42,046 bases of DNA from Candidatus Methylomirabilia bacterium (GTDB lineage Bacteria > Methylomirabilota > Methylomirabilia > Rokubacteriales > CSP1-6): assembly GCA_041496385.1 (NCBI GenBank), contig JBGQEL010000031.1, positions 1 through 42,046 of the forward strand, written 5' to 3'. The translations under genes and the position numbers were made by a program. Below, one piece after another: positions 34,681-42,046 of this stretch (position 1 is its first letter; the number at the start of each line of letters is the position of its first letter). The notes beneath the pieces were generated by a model. It did not search any database. It worked only from the letters and a program-made list of their open reading frames with translations, and was not told the DNA's origin.

Positions 34681-36041
34681 GGAGCCGACGCCCGGAACCG
34701 ACCGCCCCACTTCGCGCGCACGTCGGCAAGCAGCTCTTTCGTGATGACGGTGTCGCCGCGCCCGCGCGCGTACGCCTCCACGGCCTTCACCACCATGCCG
34801 CGCGCGAAGGAGGGGATCGCCCCGAGGCGCTCGCGCGCCCCGTCGTCCCACGTGAGCTGGTAGTCCACGGGCAGGCCGAACGTCAGCGACGCCGGAAGCT
34901 CGATCACCTGCCCGCCGTGCGCGCCGGGCTGGTAGCCGCAGGCCGGGTCCTCGGCGAGGTAGTCGCCGTACGTCGCGTACGCGCGGCAACGGCACCCACC
35001 GCAGATCTTCGAGAACTCGCAGGCCCCGCAGCGGCCCCCGAGCTTCGCGTCGCGCAGGGCGTCGAACACCGGGGCCCCACGCCACAGGTCGGCGAACGAG
35101 CTCCCCCGCAGGCTGCCCGCCGAGACGGGCATGTAGGGGCACGGTGTCACGTCGCCCTCGGGTGTGATGCGGCAGTAGTACTTGCCCGCCGGACAGGAGC
35201 CGTGGGCGTAGTTCTTGAGGAGCGGCGAGGACGGATTCAGCTCCCAGAGCACGCGGCGGAAGTGTGGCGCGCACTTCGCCCGGATCAGCAGCCCGTCCGT
35301 CCGCCCGACCGGCGTCGACCACGGATCCTCGAATCTCTCGGTGGCATCACTCCCGCCAAGGCCGAGCATCCGCTTCACGAACGAGGGCGGGCCCTGGCCG
35401 ACGCCCTGGGCCCGCGCCAGGTAGGTCAGGATCCGCTCGTAGGCGGCGGTGTCGATATCGGTCAGGTTTCGGCCTCGTCCCGTCCTGACGAGGAAGAAGA
35501 AGTTCAGGACCGTCGCCCCGAGCTGCTTGGCGAGGTCGATCATCGCGGGTACCTCGCCCACGTTCCAGTCGGTGACCGACATGTGGAGCGAGAAGTCGAG
35601 CCCCTCGTCGGCGAGCACGCGCGTGGCACGCACGGCGCCGTCCCAGGCGCCCGGCAGGCGGCGGAAGGCGTCGTGCCTGGCGCGATCGGTGGAGTCAAGG
35701 CTGATCGAGGCGCCGAGCACCCGGTGCTCGCGCATCAGCTTTGCTTCCCGCTCGCGCAGCAGCACGCCGTTGGTGCCGAAGACCGTCGTGAACCGCTTCT
35801 CCGCGGCGTAGGCGGCCACCTCGAAGAGGTCCTTGCGGAGAAACGGCTCGCCGCCCGTCAGGATCAGAAAGACGTTCGGATTGACCTCCGCGATCTCGTC
35901 CATCACGCGGCGGCACTCGGCGGTGGTCAGCTCGCCGCGCGTGTCGGCGCCCGCGTGCGCGGACATGTAGCAGTGGGCGCACTCGAGGTTGCACCGCTGC
36001 GTGAGATTCCACGACACCGAGTACGCGGTGTACTGAGGCAC
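34677..36041 (-). CDS. Radical SAM/SPASM protein (NirJ/AhbD-like) with C-terminal PCP_red-like domain
   Basis: WNLTQRCNLECAHCY (CxxxCxxC), TGGEP, CAPHF, GSCPAG..G.V.PC, CGACEF..ICGGCRCRAY..DYLAEDPAC SPASM, and a WDDGARERL..IP.F.R tail. Confidence 0.88.
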   Translation of the reverse strand: MPQYTAYSVSWNLTQRCNLECAHCYMSAHAGADTRGELTTAECRRVMDEIAEVNPNVFLILTGGEPFLRKDLFEVAAYAAEKRFTTVFGTNGVLLREREAKLMREHRVLGASISLDSTDRARHDAFRRLPGAWDGAVRATRVLADEGLDFSLHMSVTDWNVGEVPAMIDLAKQLGATVLNFFFLVRTGRGRNLTDIDTAAYERILTYLARAQGVGQGPPSFVKRMLGLGGSDATERFEDPWSTPVGRTDGLLIRAKCAPHFRRVLWELNPSSPLLKNYAHGSCPAGKYYCRITPEGDVTPCPYMPVSAGSLRGSSFADLWRGAPVFDALRDAKLGGRCGACEFSKICGGCRCRAYATYGDYLAEDPACGYQPGAHGGQVIELPASLTFGLPVDYQLTWDDGARERLGAIPSFARGMVVKAVEAYARGRGDTVITKELLADVRAKWGGRFRASAP

Positions 36042-36055
36042 GCGTGATGGGCGAA

Positions 36056-37966
36056 CTACCGCGGCTTCTTGTTCGACACGTACCCCGCGATCACCTCGTT
36101 CATCGTCTGCCGCGCGTGCCCGAGGCCTTCCTCGCAGAGGGCGAGATCGATCGTCGCCGCGCCCTGCTCCCGGGCGACGCGCTCGACCTCCTCGCGCGTC
36201 ATGTCACGCATGAACCCGGCCGGCACGCGGTTGAGCCGCGCCGTGGCGTCCTCGGTCCAGGCGAAGCCCGCGCCCTCGCCGGCGGCGGCGGGCGCCGGCA
36301 CGGCCTCGGCGGGCTCGAACCGGGTCTTCGCGAGGAGCGTGTCCCAGCCGCCGCCGAGCTTCTCGCGCCCGACCGTCTCCTCGATCATCGGGAGCGCGAG
36401 CTGGCAGGTGATGACGGGGATCTTGCGCGAGCGCGCGTACTTCTCGATGCGCGCCTTGGCGCGCCGGCGCAGGTAGGCATCGGTGACCTCGCGCAGGGCG
36501 TCGCGCGCGTCGGCCGACCACTTCACCTGCACGCCCGGCAGGGACTCCTCTTCCAGGATCCCGCCCTCCTGCGCGGCGATCGCCTCGACGACCTCGCGCG
36601 AGATGACCTGAAACTTGTCCGCGCCCGCCTTGCAGACCGGGCAGGTCACGACGGGGTTGGGCCCCTTGACCGTGTAGCCGCAGACCGAGCAGATCGCCGT
36701 CGCGGCCTGCTGCTCGGCGCGCAGCTTCGCCACGGCCACGTCCTCGGCGAGAATCTGCATCTTCTCGGCCATCCGGGTCGGCATGAAGATCGCCATCGCC
36801 TCGTCGATCACCTTGTTGGTGATGACGGTGTGCCCCTGCTCGATCGCGTAACGGAGGAGCGCGGTGCGGGCGACGCCCTTCACCTGGGGTGGCACGCGCT
36901 CCATGCGCGCCTCGGCCTCCTCGGTCCACGCGATGATCTCCTCGGCCTTCACGTCGAGCGGCGGATAGAACTTGCCGCCCGTGAGGAGGACGTTGCAGGG
37001 TGCCAGACGCAGGAGGTTCTCGGTGTTCGAGCCGAGGTCGACCTCGTTCTCGTCGGAGTGCACGCCGACCCGGCCGAGGATCAGGAGCCAGGGCTGCTCC
37101 TTGCGCGCGAACGTGAGGATCTTCTCGAAGCACTTGCCGTCGAGCAGCGTGATGGCGAGATCCACGCCGTCCTCGGCGGCGAGCTTCCGGCCGATTTCGA
37201 GGTGCGACTGGTAGATCTTCGCCAGTCCGGTGTCGATGATCTCCTCGTGGAGCTGTTCCTGCTCCTTGAACCGGAAGATCTTCGAGGCCTTCTCGTTCAG
37301 CACGCCCACGATGCCGTTGAACATCGCGTAGTGGAGGTACGGGTCGTAGACGGCCACCGCGTGGAGCGGCCGGCCGAGCGCCTTCGACAGGAGGATCCCG
37401 AGCTTCAGGCCGTTGAAGGACTGGGGTGAGCCGTCCAGGCAGACGACGATCGCGCCCTGCTGATCCTTCAGCGCGTCGGCGTTGCGGACGATCAGCGTGT
37501 CCTTGGCGACCTTGCGGACGAAGCGCTCGGTCACCGAGCCGAGCTGGCTGTCCTTCACGGCGCCCATGCCGAGGGCGCCCATGACCACGAGGTCGTAGTC
37601 GGAGGCCAGGCAGTCGTCGACGAGCACCTTGTAGTGCTTGCCGTCCACCATCTTGCGCTCGAAGGCGAGGCCCGCCTCCCCCGCCTTCCGGGCCAGGATG
37701 TCGAGGTAGGAGTCGGAGATGAGCTGGAGCCCCATCGCGATCAGCGAGTCGTGGATCTTCCGCTGGCGCTCGAGCTCGTTCTCGTCCTTGTATTCCTCCG
37801 GCAGCGTGTACTCCATCTGCTTGAACCGGTAGTCGTGGAGGCGCGCCGCGTAGACGTGCATGCCGGTCAGCGTCGCTCCGCACGTCCGGCCCAACTCGAC
37901 GGCCAGGTCGATGGCCCGGTTCGAGTAGTCCGAGTTGTCCACCGGAACGTAGATGTGCTTGAACAT
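36056..37966 (-). CDS. Tandem universal-stress-protein domains fused to three PCP_red-like domains and a rubredoxin-like Cys4 domain
   Basis: FKHIYVPVDNS, DLVVMGALG..LGSVTE (USP1); IVVCLDGS, LGSNTENLLRLAPCNVL (USP2); WTEEA, WSADA, WTEDA repeats; CSVCGY..CPVC. Confidence 0.85.
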   Translation of the reverse strand: MFKHIYVPVDNSDYSNRAIDLAVELGRTCGATLTGMHVYAARLHDYRFKQMEYTLPEEYKDENELERQRKIHDSLIAMGLQLISDSYLDILARKAGEAGLAFERKMVDGKHYKVLVDDCLASDYDLVVMGALGMGAVKDSQLGSVTERFVRKVAKDTLIVRNADALKDQQGAIVVCLDGSPQSFNGLKLGILLSKALGRPLHAVAVYDPYLHYAMFNGIVGVLNEKASKIFRFKEQEQLHEEIIDTGLAKIYQSHLEIGRKLAAEDGVDLAITLLDGKCFEKILTFARKEQPWLLILGRVGVHSDENEVDLGSNTENLLRLAPCNVLLTGGKFYPPLDVKAEEIIAWTEEAEARMERVPPQVKGVARTALLRYAIEQGHTVITNKVIDEAMAIFMPTRMAEKMQILAEDVAVAKLRAEQQAATAICSVCGYTVKGPNPVVTCPVCKAGADKFQVISREVVEAIAAQEGGILEEESLPGVQVKWSADARDALREVTDAYLRRRAKARIEKYARSRKIPVITCQLALPMIEETVGREKLGGGWDTLLAKTRFEPAEAVPAPAAAGEGAGFAWTEDATARLNRVPAGFMRDMTREEVERVAREQGAATIDLALCEEGLGHARQTMNEVIAGYVSNKKPR

Positions 37967-37976
37967 GGCTCCTCCC

Positions 37977-38729
37977 CTATCGCAATTCGAACTCGACGGC
38001 GGCCGTGGCTTTCGGCGCGATCGTGACTTCCTTCGTGACGGTCCTGGGCTCGTCGTACACGGGCCGGCCGTCCTTGTCGGCGCCCCTGGGCCGAAAGCCC
38101 GCGTGCCACATCGTGACCTTGTAGGTGCCCGGTGGCACGTCGGCGATCCGGAAGGCCCCCCGCTCGTCGGTGACCGCGACGTACGGGCTGTCGTGGACGA
38201 TCATCCACGCCGACATGTGCGGGTGCGCGTCGCAGAGCACGCGGATCACGCCCGGCTTGCCGAGCCGCTTCGTGATGTCGATCATCTGGTCCTTGGTCGG
38301 CAGCGCCAGGTTGAACACCGTCGGCTTCCCGAGGAAGCCGTGGGTGTTGTGGAGCACCGGGTCGGAGTTCTTGACGCGCACCCGGTCGCCCGGCGCGACG
38401 GCGGTGACGTGGGCGACGAAGACGCACTGGTGGTTGTCGAGAACCACATCGCCGGCGCCCTTCTTGCCCCGGGCCAGGCCCTCGATCAGGATCACGCTGC
38501 CCTTCACGCCGCGCTCCGGGGAGAGCACGAGCGCCTCGGCGGCCTTCTGCTCGCCGCAGACGTCGCGGTTCTTGTTCACGGGGATCGCGTCGAGCTTCGG
38601 CGGCGTCCCGGCGAACCGCACCGTGCCCGCGAGCGCTCCGCCGTCCGCCACCGTGACCGCCTCGTACGCGCGCGCCGGCCCCGCGGCGACGAGCGCCAGC
38701 GCGACCGCCGCCAGGAGCGCGGCGGTCAC
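37977..38729 (-). CDS. Exported carboxypeptidase-regulatory-like / cupredoxin-like protein
   Basis: GTGA-coupled start, signal peptide, NSDPVLHNTH, CDAHPHM, YVAVTDERGAFRIADVPPGTYKVTMWH. Confidence 0.8.
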   Translation of the reverse strand: MTAALLAAVALALVAAGPARAYEAVTVADGGALAGTVRFAGTPPKLDAIPVNKNRDVCGEQKAAEALVLSPERGVKGSVILIEGLARGKKGAGDVVLDNHQCVFVAHVTAVAPGDRVRVKNSDPVLHNTHGFLGKPTVFNLALPTKDQMIDITKRLGKPGVIRVLCDAHPHMSAWMIVHDSPYVAVTDERGAFRIADVPPGTYKVTMWHAGFRPRGADKDGRPVYDEPRTVTKEVTIAPKATAAVEFELR

Positions 38730-39094
38730 GGCTCGGGATTGAGCGCGTACTCGAGGGCGAGCCAGAGGCTCCGGCTGTAGGGGAAGAACCACAGCGGGAA
38801 CAGGACCGCGACCGGCAGCCACAGCGCGAGCTGCGCCGCCGTCGAGAGCTCGGTGCAGGACCAGAGCGTCAGGTACCCGCCGATGACGAGCACGGCCGTC
38901 GCGGCGTAGTTGAGGTAGATCGCGCCGACGAAGTAGCCCTGCGCGCGCTCGAACACGAGCCCGCAGAGGGCGCAGGCGGGGACCATGCTGAACCAGCCCG
39001 CGAACAGCGGCGTCGCCCCGCAGCGCGGGCAGCGCAGGCGCGCCGCCCGTCCGAGGGCCCGCGCCAGGCGTCCGGCCGGCCGCTCGAGCGGCAT
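38726..39094 (-). CDS. DUF983-like Zn-ribbon membrane protein
   Basis: RCPRCG..LF...CALCGL.FER..GYF.GA, two TM helices, YSRSLWLA. Confidence 0.78.
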   Translation of the reverse strand: MPLERPAGRLARALGRAARLRCPRCGATPLFAGWFSMVPACALCGLVFERAQGYFVGAIYLNYAATAVLVIGGYLTLWSCTELSTAAQLALWLPVAVLFPLWFFPYSRSLWLALEYALNPEP

Positions 39095-39124
39095 CCATCG
39101 CCCCGGGCATCACCCCGCGCGCCC

Positions 39125-39454
39125 TCAGTGCTTCGCGGGCTCGCCCGTGACGGCCTTCACGCCCTGCGTCCTCTTCGCCACCGCGCGGCTGTCGGGCAGG
39201 ATCACGAACACGAGGAGCGTCGCGATCACGAGCGGGGTGATCGCGATCATGCCGAGCGTGCGCGTCTCGAAGCGCAGGTGCATGAAGTACATCGCGACGA
39301 GCGTGGCCTTCCCGAGCGCCAGCCCGCAGAGGAGCACGCCGATCGTGAGCTTCGGGAACGGCATGTAGATCACCGCGATCTCGACGACCGTGAGGATCGC
39401 GAGATACCAGAAGATCGCCATGTAGCTGGGGTGCTTGTGCTCTCCGCTCGTCAT
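39125..39454 (-). CDS. ctaF: Cytochrome c oxidase subunit IV family protein
   Basis: Y..IF..L.ILT.VE, KATLVAMYFMHLRFE motif; follows subunit III. Confidence 0.88.
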   Translation of the reverse strand: MTSGEHKHPSYMAIFWYLAILTVVEIAVIYMPFPKLTIGVLLCGLALGKATLVAMYFMHLRFETRTLGMIAITPLVIATLLVFVILPDSRAVAKRTQGVKAVTGEPAKH

Positions 39455-39466
39455 CGCCAGGACCCC

Positions 39467-40075
39467 CTACAGGAGATACATGAAGGTGAACACCATGATC
39501 CAGACGAGGTCGACGAAGTGCCAGTAGAGGCCCGTGATCTCGACCGCGTTGTAGCTCGCGCGCGCCTCGGGCCGGTTCGCGACGTACCGGATCATCGCGA
39601 GCAGGTAGATCACGCCGCCCGACACGTGCAGGCCGTGGAACCCGGTGACGATGAAGAAGGACGTGCCGAAGAGCGCCGCGCCCCACGGGTTGCCGTCGAT
39701 GTGCAGGCCCCGGTGGATCAGGTGGGTCCACTCGTACGCCTGCAGGCTCACGAAGATGAAGCCGCCGAGCGCCGTGAAGGCGAGGAACACCTTGCACTTC
39801 GCGCGATCGCCCTTCCCCAGCCACTCGAGCGCCTTCACCATCGTCACGCTCGAGCAGATGAGGAGGAAGGTCATGATCGCGGTGAGGTTGATGCCGAGCA
39901 CCTCGTACGGGCTCGGCCAGTCGGCGCTCGTCGCGCGCATCGCGCCGTAGCCGGCGAGCAGCGTGCCGAAGCCGACGGCATCGCCGGCGAGGAAGATCCA
40001 CATCCCGAGCTTCCCCCAGCTGTCCGGCGTGAGGGGAGTCTCGGCCGGTTCGATCGCCGAGTGTACCTGGGTCAT
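39467..40075 (-). CDS. ctaE: Haem-copper oxidase subunit III
   Basis: KLGMWIFLAGD, LICSSVTM, QAYEW, TGFHGLHV, GLYWHFVDLVW. Confidence 0.92.
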   Translation of the reverse strand: MTQVHSAIEPAETPLTPDSWGKLGMWIFLAGDAVGFGTLLAGYGAMRATSADWPSPYEVLGINLTAIMTFLLICSSVTMVKALEWLGKGDRAKCKVFLAFTALGGFIFVSLQAYEWTHLIHRGLHIDGNPWGAALFGTSFFIVTGFHGLHVSGGVIYLLAMIRYVANRPEARASYNAVEITGLYWHFVDLVWIMVFTFMYLL

Positions 40076-40368
40076 GTCGTCTCCTTGATCGGTTCGGGTG
40101 CCTCCGAGGCCGCGGCGGCGCCGCGGCGGCGTCTCAGGATCGAGCGCAGCTCGACGCCGGCGCTCCGCGCGAGCACCACCGCGATGACCACGCCGACGAT
40201 GAACGGCGCCAGGATCAGGCCCAGATAGGGCCAGTTGAACGACCGGTCGCCGAACGCCGACGCGACGCACCACGTGCAGGCGGCGGCGGGCGCCGGCGCC
40301 AGAGCCAGCGGCGCGGCGACCGCGAGCGCCGCCGCCGCGCGCAGGATGGATCCGATCGGTCTCGTCAC
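40072..40368 (-). CDS. Small membrane protein with CxxC immediately after the signal peptide
   Basis: Coupled at both ends (GTGA, ATGA); ...APAAA-CTWCVAS, then one TM helix and a basic tail. Confidence 0.72.
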   Translation of the reverse strand: MTRPIGSILRAAAALAVAAPLALAPAPAAACTWCVASAFGDRSFNWPYLGLILAPFIVGVVIAVVLARSAGVELRSILRRRRGAAAASEAPEPIKETT

Positions 40369-41051
40369 AGCAGGTACACCGCGACGTACAGGATCGGCCA
40401 GAGGCCGACCACGAAATGCCAGAACATCGCGCACGCCCTCACGGGCGCCGTGCGGCCGTCCGCGTACCGGCCGCGGGACGCGAGTACGAGCGTGACGCCG
40501 AGCCAGCACAAGGCACCCAGGACGTGCAGGCCGTGGGTGCCGATCAGCGTGTAGAACGTGGTGCCGTACGTGCCCGAGGAGACCGTGAGCCCGTAGCCGA
40601 TGAGTCGCGCCCACTCGTAGCCCTGGACGAGCAGGAAGAGCAGGCCGAGGCCCGCGGTGACCGCCAGCCGCCGCACCGCCCGGACTTCTTCGCCGCGCGT
40701 GAGGGCGCGGATGGCGGCGGACAGCGTCACGCTCGACGCGAGCAGCACGAGCGTGTTCACGCCGGTGACGCCGACGGGGAGGCGCGGCTGGAACGGGGGC
40801 GGCCACAACGGCTGGCCGAGCCGGAGCACGAACAGCGCGGAGATCAGCGCGGCGAAGAACATCGTCTCGCAGCCGATCAGGAACAGGATCGCCAGGCGGA
40901 GATTGTCGAGGGCCGGCCGGCGCTCGGACGGCTCGCGGTCGTGGCCATCGCCCCCGCCCGACGGCGGCTCGGGAGGCAGGACGGGACCGTCGGGGCGGCG
41001 CGCGACCGGCGGTCGCTCGGGCGGTGCCTCGAACACGACGGGCGGCGTCAC
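40365..41051 (-). CDS. ctaE: Haem-copper oxidase subunit III (second paralogue)
   Basis: FLIGCETMFFAAL, NTLVLLASS, QGYEW, FYTLIGTHGLHV, FWHFV. Confidence 0.9.
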   Translation of the reverse strand: MTPPVVFEAPPERPPVARRPDGPVLPPEPPSGGGDGHDREPSERRPALDNLRLAILFLIGCETMFFAALISALFVLRLGQPLWPPPFQPRLPVGVTGVNTLVLLASSVTLSAAIRALTRGEEVRAVRRLAVTAGLGLLFLLVQGYEWARLIGYGLTVSSGTYGTTFYTLIGTHGLHVLGALCWLGVTLVLASRGRYADGRTAPVRACAMFWHFVVGLWPILYVAVYLL

Positions 41052-41146
41052 CAGCGGATCCCCACGAGGAACGCGGCGACGACGAGCGCGCCGACGACCG
41101 CGAGCAGGACGCGCAGCGTCTGGCGGTTCCGGGCGTCCGCCGTCAT
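41048..41146 (-). CDS. 32-aa single-TM microprotein (absent from the ORF track)
   Basis: MTADARNRQTLRVLLAVVGALVVAAFLVGIRW*; ATG overlaps the ctaB TGA and its own TGA overlaps the subunit III GTG. Confidence 0.75.
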   Translation of the reverse strand: MTADARNRQTLRVLLAVVGALVVAAFLVGIRW

Positions 41147-42042
41147 ACCTTGTCGAACGCCAGGAGGGCGAGCAGGAGCGGCAGGTAGAGCAGCGACGCG
41201 AGGAGCACGCGGCGGGCCGCGGCGATCGAGGGGCGGAGCGCCTGTTGGACGCCGAGGGCCACGAACGCCGCGCCCAGCAGGAACGCGCCGGCGAAGTAGA
41301 TCGCGCCCGCCAGCCCGATCAGCGTCGGGAGCAGGCTCACCGCCAGAAGCGCGAGACAGCCGTTCACGATCTGCCGCTCCGTGCTCGCGCCCTCCGGGTC
41401 CACGACCGGCAGCAGCCGCACGCCCGCCCGGGCGAAGTCGTCGCGGTAGAGGCGGGCGATCGCGAGCGTGTGCGGGAGCTGCCAGAGGAACAGGATCCCG
41501 AAGAGTACCCAGGCGCCGACGCCCAGATCGTCGCGGGCCGCGACCCAGCCCGTCACGGGCGGGAGCGCGCCCGGGACGGCGCCGACGATCGTGCAGAGAG
41601 GGGTCCGCAGCTTGAGCGGCGTGTACGCGAACACGTAGAGGGCGACCGTCGCCGCCGTCACCGCCAGCGCCCCCAGTCCGACGAAGCTGCCCAGGTAGAG
41701 GAGGCCCAGCAGCGTGATCCCGGCGCCGAACAGGAGCGCCTCGAGCGGGGCCAGGCGCCCATCGGGCAGCGGCCGCGTGCGCGTGCGCTCCATGCGCGCG
41801 TCGACCTCGCGTTCCCAGTACTGGTTCAGCGCGAGCGCGCCCCCGGCCGCCAGCAGCGTGCCGACGAGCAGGTGGAGGAGCCGGACGTAGTCGGGCGTGC
41901 CCGCGAGGCCCGCGTAGTAGCCGACGACGGTCGTGACCAGGATCATCAGGACGATCCGCGGCTTGGCCAGGGCGACCAGATCCGCGGCGACGCGCCGGCG
42001 GTCGCGCGCCAGCGGCCCGACGATCACTTCGGTCGTGGTCAT
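41143..42042 (-). CDS. ctaB: Protoheme IX farnesyltransferase (haem O synthase)
   Basis: LAKPRIV, NQYWEREVDARMERTRTRPLP.GR, YTPLK, GAVPGALPPV.GW, FLWQLPH. Confidence 0.95.
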   Translation of the reverse strand: MTTTEVIVGPLARDRRRVAADLVALAKPRIVLMILVTTVVGYYAGLAGTPDYVRLLHLLVGTLLAAGGALALNQYWEREVDARMERTRTRPLPDGRLAPLEALLFGAGITLLGLLYLGSFVGLGALAVTAATVALYVFAYTPLKLRTPLCTIVGAVPGALPPVTGWVAARDDLGVGAWVLFGILFLWQLPHTLAIARLYRDDFARAGVRLLPVVDPEGASTERQIVNGCLALLAVSLLPTLIGLAGAIYFAGAFLLGAAFVALGVQQALRPSIAAARRVLLASLLYLPLLLALLAFDKV

Positions 42043-42046
42043 TGTA

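Noticed and set aside
39467..41051. Two subunit III genes as a novelty
   Set aside because: Split or duplicated subunit III genes are already known in many bacterial haem-copper oxidase operons.

Overview
Very GC-rich bacterial chromosomal window. Gene style resembles soil Candidatus Rokubacteria/Methylomirabilota, but that is inference only. No rRNA, tRNA, CRISPR array or transposase was seen. 1-8252 (+): DUF1800/DUF1501 pair, crotonase, CaiB CoA-transferase, tautomerase, a ComEA-like HhH protein and a Dpp/Opp ABC operon with no binding protein. 24743->8227 (-): an almost gapless ~16.5 kb run. It contains a hidden selenoprotein (in-frame TGA plus SECIS-like hairpin), an SDR, an LMW-PTP, an ABC-type binding protein, a Cache-HAMP-GAF-GAF histidine kinase, SEVEN tandem Tat-exported Cys-rich NitT/TauT-like binding-protein paralogues (one internally deleted), a SCO protein, a second histidine kinase, a stand-alone receiver and a receiver-class III nucleotide cyclase. 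It has no permease or ATPase, so it looks like a multi-receptor sensory array feeding cyclic-nucleotide signalling; this is the best candidate for a new system. 24761-24963 is a nested-hairpin element. 25-33 kb: mixed genes, including an Fe-S-staple PD-(D/E)XK nuclease, a squalene-synthase-like gene with no canonical start, a histone-H1-like protein, an M23 peptidase, a PAC2 protein and a frameshifted Nudix gene. 42042->33273 (-): distal part of a haem-copper oxidase operon (ctaB, a 32-aa microprotein, two subunit III genes, subunit IV). It runs on into a cupredoxin-like protein, a USP-USP-PCP_red-rubredoxin fusion, a radical SAM/SPASM-PCP_red enzyme and a Cys-less Mrp ATPase. All family calls are from motif recognition by eye, not database searches.
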